A stretch of DNA of 63,901 bases, counting the filler, from Reclinomonas americana ATCC 50394 (taxonomy: Eukaryota), in the NCBI GenBank assembly GCA_048213135.1. It is 19 parts of 19 records of this genome, joined end to end, with 100 filler letters (N's around TTAATTAATTAA, not from the genome) between each part and the next. Parts side by side here need not be neighbours in the genome. Positions count along the whole stretch, not along the records: positions 58,403 to 62,782 come from AFZH01019062.1; positions 62,883 to 63,901 come from AFZH01019069.1; 17 more parts are not named here. The stretch is one strand, 5' to 3'. Shown piece by piece: positions 58,403 to 63,901 of the stretch. Made by a program: the position numbers and the translations under genes. Within the stretch, counting starts at the first letter, position 1. Every line of letters starts with the position of its first letter. The notes under the pieces are model-generated. The model saw only the letters and a program-made list of their open reading frames with translations. It did not search any database and was not told the origin of the DNA.

Positions 58403-58545
58403 CTCAGACATCACGAAAAAAAGCGAGAAAAAATCGAGATGGCTAATGCTGGCGTTTCTGCAAGAGAAACCACGGCTCAACAACAACATCAACAACAACT
58501 TTACTAACCCAAACAGCAACACAGCTGCATGATGATCACCAGCAT
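58403..58545 (-). repeat. Further copy of the 32271/33650 dispersed repeat family
   Basis: CTCAGACATCACG.AAAAA.CGAGAAAAA.TCGAGATGGCTAATGC and AAACAGCAACACAGCTGC. Confidence 0.8.
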
Positions 58546-59403
58546 GGATTTGACGCCGAATTCCACAAAGGAAACGAGAAAGATAGCAAGAGGTGTTGGT
58601 ATAGGGATTTGTGGACATTTGTCGCATTTTTGGAATGTGGTGAATGAAGTGTTTTTCTTCAGAAGACATATGTAAAACCAACAGAGCCAGGCAACACGCA
58701 ATTAGGAGCTGAGGTGCAGTCGAGTGGTTGTCGTTGGTGAGGCCGATCCGGATCCGTTGGCAATAACATTACTATCTAGACAGGAACACCTCTGCAAAAA
58801 CAAACACCTCATTCGCCAAAAAGCATGACAACGAGATGATAATCTTCGACTAAGATCTGCAGCGTATCGTGCGGACCAGGCGTACGCGTCACCTCGCGGT
58901 CCATGTCAAACATCAGCTCCTCACATCCTTCTCTCTCACCCTCCTCTCTCTCTCTCTCTCTCTTTCTCTCGCTGTCGCCAAGCACAGGTAAAGCCTCACA
59001 CGTGCACAAAGCACAACAAAAAACAACGTCTTGACGTATCCACAACTCTACTGCAACACGAAACGCCAGTCGTTGAGGGCAGCGGCAGGTTTTCTTGAGC
59101 TTCGATCGCGAACAAGTCGGGCTGTGATCTTCACCGAATTAGCGCGGTTGTACAGTCGCTTAGTGTTTTCTGTGGTCACGGCACATCGAGTCTCGAATTC
59201 GGGGAAAAGCCAAAGCCAAGCAAACAAAGCAACTCCAAGAAGAGTTGTCTGGTGCCGAGGTTGAAGACAGCAGCCAGCAAATCGGCGGCGACGTGCAGCT
59301 GTTACTGTGTTGTCACTGGCCCGATTGCTGTTGCTGTGTCGCCACCGGCGCAGTTGAGGTTGCGAGACGACAGTCGTTGCTGCGGATACAGCAGTCCTTC
59401 ACT

Positions 59404-60220
59404 TTAAATCTTCAACCCCGACGTGCAATCCCCGCTCGTCGCACACGCCGTCACCGTCGACGTGGCCACCACGCCACTCTTTGGCACACACTGCTTGGTC
59501 GACGCCGTGAATGTCCACGAGCCGCAGGCAGACAACTGAGAGCACCACAGCGAGCACGCCTGTGGTCCGGTAGTTGTTTTTATCGCCCACGTGAGATCGC
59601 CACCAGGTCGATCTGCATGCAAACAACAAACAAATTAGTCACGATTCTCTCATTTCTCATCTCCTTCCCCTCCGGGGACTCACCCGTGTTGGTCAGGAAG
59701 CCGCTGCTGTCATATGCCGCCGCACTCGTCTTGCGCCCCGACACCAGGCAGAAGTGCGAGCCACACACGTTGCTGGTCTCTGCATTGGCGGCCGCTGCCG
59801 GCACGGTGCTCTGCATGCAACAGAAGAGGTCTGTGAGCTCGCCATTCCGTCACAAGCTCCCTCCTCTCGATTACGCGCCTTCAGAGTGCACACACTCACG
59901 CCAAAAGTGTTCGACGCCGCAGCAGCATCCAGGAATGTCCACGACCGACACTGCGAATACTGATCGCACATCTCACAACATCCGACCTCACTTCTTGCAG
60001 AAGCAACGGTGGCCACAATCGTGCCGCCGGGCCGATCCACGGCCTCAAACAGGCACACTTCCAACGCCGCTGCTCGACATGACGAAGAGAGTGAGACGGC
60101 AGAAGATGGTGGTGCATGCGGTGAGAAATCAACGCAACGAGCCACAACTCCATTCTGCGCCGTTCCGCAACCCGTATTCGATGCTGCACGCGCACCGCAA
60201 TCAATCATCGTCAGCACCAA
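59404..60220 (-). CDS. Protein with two PAN/Apple (PAN_4-like) domains; may be the C-terminus of the upstream adhesin
   Basis: DRPGG..CCEMCDQYSQCRSWTF and DRPGGD..ACSLWCSQLSACGSWTF..CVPK..CTSG. Confidence 0.75.
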
Positions 60221-60555
60221 TCACATGTTCAAGAGAGAGAGAGAGAGAGAGAGAGCACGTCTCCGTTGGCTGAACAACACCCGGCGGAGCCAACGGTAGT
60301 AACAACATGAGAGAGCAGGCAGGAGTGACAGGCAAATATCCCCACTCTCTGCTGCACACTACAAGGTTCAAGGACCAACAAGTGTGCACTGGAATCTTAC
60401 ACCCACTCTGCTTCTTCATCGTGCTTCACTATCTACCAATCACTCGCCAGCCTCAGCATCACAGTACCTCTGCTCTTCTCCTTCCACTGCTGCCATTCCT
60501 TCTCCCCTCCCCCTTCCCCTTCAATTCGCATGGCCCTCCCTTCCCCATGGCGCAC

Positions 60556-63360
60556 CATACACAATCGTGAACTGCTTGGTGTACGTCAGCGTGCCGTCGC
60601 TCACTTGCACAAACACTTGCAGTCGCCGACTCAGTGGCGGAGCCACCGAGATGGTCAGCTGATTGCCGCCAACCAGGCTGAAGAGAGCCGCATGCACGCC
60701 GCCCACAACGCTGAATGTCGGCGTCTGTCCCGTGTTGAGATCCACCATGCTGAGGGTGCCCACGGTGAACGGAACCGTGGCACTCGAGTACGTCTGCGAG
60801 CCCGACAGCAGAATGTCGCTCGGGCCAACAGTCCCTGCAGATACACTCCGTTTAGTCGACGCACGCATACACACTCATTCACACATGCTTGCATACATAC
60901 AAACACACATACACAGACTGGGAGAGGGAACAGAGAGAGAGAGAGAAAGAAAGAGAGAAAGAAAGGAGAACCAGCGAGAGAGAGAGAGAGGAACAACATG
61001 TGGGAAATAAAAAGCACAGCTCTAGATCTCCACACACAAACAAACAAGAAAACAACAGCTGAAGGCTCCCTGCACTCTCCCTTCCCCTCATTCCTCACCA
61101 ATGGCGAATGCTGACACGGCTACATATCCCTCTGCTGGCGCCCATCGTGCGCACAGCTCGTACGTGCCTGTAGTTGCACCCGCCGCTCCAATCGTCAGCG
61201 TAATGCTGGTCGAACTGCCGAATGCGCTACTAATGGTAGTGCTGGCCACGGCCGTCGGTGGTGTTGTGGCGCCACAAAGCGGAGTGCCCAACACATACGC
61301 CGACGCGTCGGCCGAGTTGTTCACCAGCCCAGTGCCCGTCAGTGTTATCAACTGGCCAGCCAGTGCCGACACGAAGGTGGCCGACAGCGATGTCACAGTG
61401 GGTGCTGCATGAAGGAGGGCAATAGGCAAATCAGCATCATCGTGCACCACAACAAAACACAATCACAATAACATCAAACCAGAAATGTTGAGGGTCTGAT
61501 CGAAAGACATGGCGGGATTGCCGTTGTCGGTCGTGCGCACAATCACCACCAACGACGCCGTCACTCCCGCAGTCGCAAACTGCAGCTGATTGCCAGACAC
61601 AATCGTCACCAATGCGCTGCTGGCACCGCCCACCACCGAATACGTGAACGACTGCTGCGAGTCCACATCACTCGTGCTCATCGTACCAATCGCCAGTCCC
61701 ACCGTGCTGGGCGGGATGTACGCGCTCGCACTCAGAGTCACAGCCGTCGGCGCATTGTTCACTGCGGGAAGACAAGGTCAATATCCACGCCGAGAAACGA
61801 ACAACACTCCCAGTCAATCATCCACTCACCCGACGTCACAGTGAATGACTTGTCGAAGAACATGGGCGGCGTGCCATTGTCGAATGAGCGAATCGTGACG
61901 GCCAGTGGACTTCCCGACTGGCCCGCCGACGTGATCTGCAGCTGCGCGCCTCCTCCGCCCAGGGAGAAGACGCTGCTGTTCGCTCCACCGGTGATAATGT
62001 ACGTGTACGACTGGCTCCCGTTGCTGTCGCTCGTGCTCATCGTGCACACGGGCATGCTGGCAGTTGACGGTGCGACATATGTGGTGGCAGGGCACACAAT
62101 GTCAGTGGGCACCGCGTTGGAGGTGGTGAATGACATGGTTGAGCCGGTGAGAGTACTGGGCACAGTAGAGGTGGAAATGGCACGAAAGTAGTACGTCCAG
62201 TTGGCAGCGAGCGATGTCAAAGAGGCGGTCAGGGCGGTGCTTGAGGCGACACCTGAAGAAGCCGGGGTGGCCGAGACGGTGGTGGACCCGATAGTGAGTC
62301 GGCGGATGGTGGAGTTGCCATATTCTGCGAGCACAGTGAGCACCAAGTCAGTCGACCATTCAACAACGGACCTCGTACCTGCAAAATACAGGGTGGACGA
62401 AGCGGCATCGTATGCCATGTAGTGCTGCGTTCAAAATGATAAAATTGAGGTGCAAGCAGGCTCCCGTCGGGAACGCAAACAAACGAAAGCGCGTACCGGC
62501 TGGCTGAACCGAGCAACAGTGAGTGGACTCCCATCCGCTGATCCACTCACTCCCGCAGAGCCCGCGATAGTTGTCACAGCACCAGAGCTGATAACAATTT
62601 GTCGAATTGTGTGGTTGACCGCCTTTGTGGTGCGCGAGTGATGAGATGACGAAGATTGCAAAGATCTCAGTGCAACACGCAACATCAGAGACGTAAAGAA
62701 CACCTCGCCCTCGATCGACCAGGACCCCAATCGGTGTATTGAATCGAGCAGCAGTACCAGTGGCATCTGTCGACTGGGCAACNNNNNNNNNNNNNNNNNN
62801 NNNNNNNNNNNNNNNNNNNNNNNNNNTTAATTAATTAANNNNNNNNNNNNNNNNNNNNNNNNNNNNNNNNNNNNNNNNNNNNAAGGAACAGGGGGAAGGA
62901 GACGGGGAATGAAGGGAGGAAGAAAATATGACAACAAGGGACAGAAAGCAAAGAAGTACGCGGAGATAGCGTGGGTGGCAGAAAGTGAGATCTCCACACA
63001 CCAATCTGTGCTGATCCTATTGAAGTCCACGACGTGCCCATATCGAATGAAAGGCACACTGTTTGTGGCGCATTGACGCCGGTCAAGTCGATGGACGCTC
63101 GAAACTCGCCGGCGTTCAACAATGTGCCGGAAGCCGTCAGCCTAGTGCCCGAGCCGCATGTGCCGGTGTTCGTCATCTCCACCCGCTGTGGCGAGCGATA
63201 CACGGTTGAGTCACGTGCACACACACACACACACGCATCACAACAAATCAGGCGAATAGTCCAAACGCAACGAGATTGCCATTCAGCGTGTTGCCAGTGT
63301 CGAGAATGGAAAGCGGTGATGCCGCAGACGGCCAGAACGATGTTGGCATGAAGCTGAAGG
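60556..63360 (-). CDS. Large extracellular adhesin-like protein: NHL repeats, three cadherin-like domains, IPT/TIG domain; continues off the right side
   Basis: AARFNTPIGV..LYVSD-AVNHTIRQI..VTTIAG..ADG..ARFSQP (NHL); NNAPTAVTLS..IGTMSTSDVD..FTYSVVGG..GNQL..VRTTDNG (cadherin-like); PTVTSLS..ITLTGTGL (IPT). Confidence 0.8.
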
Positions 63361-63773
63361 CGGCTGTAATTAAAAAAAGGAGAAGGGTGAGTGAAAAAAA
63401 CGAGGGAGAGATCAGAAAGGGCGAAGGATTGGAACGGCAGAGGCAGGAAGAAGACAGCAAGAACGGGACGACGAGGGTGGAGCAGAGCAGCAGGAGAGAA
63501 GATGGAGAAAGGATGTGTGAAGCGTCGACAAGAAAGAGGGAGGCCCAAACAGGGGAGGTGAAGGTCGAGAGAGAGACAGAAAAGGGAACAGGAAGAGAAA
63601 TAAAGGGAAACGAGCAAGACAAGAAAAGAGAGAGAGAGAGAGAGATGTGAAAGAAGGGAACATAAAGAGGGAGAGACAAAATACATTGTTGCGCAGTGCG
63701 GGTATAAGAGAACGAGAGAGGTTGCGAGAGAGACAAACAAGAGCAAAGACAAAGAAGAACTACTATGTTGCAC

Positions 63774-63901
<128 letters not shown>

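Overview
Eukaryotic (unidentified protist-like) nuclear scaffold, standard genetic code, very intron-dense. Most introns are about 55-75 nt with a CTCAC/CTGAC branch motif, and some are long and filled with microsatellites. Eighteen artificial 100-nt gap linkers (N44-TTAATTAATTAA-N44) interrupt it, but several genes continue across them in a consistent orientation. Manual splicing of exons gives these genes: Miro GTPase, GST kappa, an NLR-like NACHT-ankyrin protein, GTPBP1/2, AMPK beta, TRIM37, an intron-free GT2 glycosyltransferase, a Cys-rich orphan, a DUF5765-like membrane protein, a coiled-coil + copine-type vWA protein, a signal-peptide-bearing phosphagen kinase, two tandem intronless WD40 genes, CENP-C, AMPK gamma, a PAN/Apple protein and an NHL-cadherin-IPT adhesin. 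The most unusual signals are: (1) an LRGG/GCxxS putative DUB-cleavage plus myristoylation leader on the NLR-like protein; (2) an abundant class of +1-shifted GTTGCGT splice donors; (3) intronic arrays with a conserved ~23-nt core and locus-specific spacers; (4) long introns with purine-rich 5' ends and complementary pyrimidine-rich 3' ends. All family calls come from motif recognition by eye; no database search was run, and most long ORFs in the track are repeat-derived noise.
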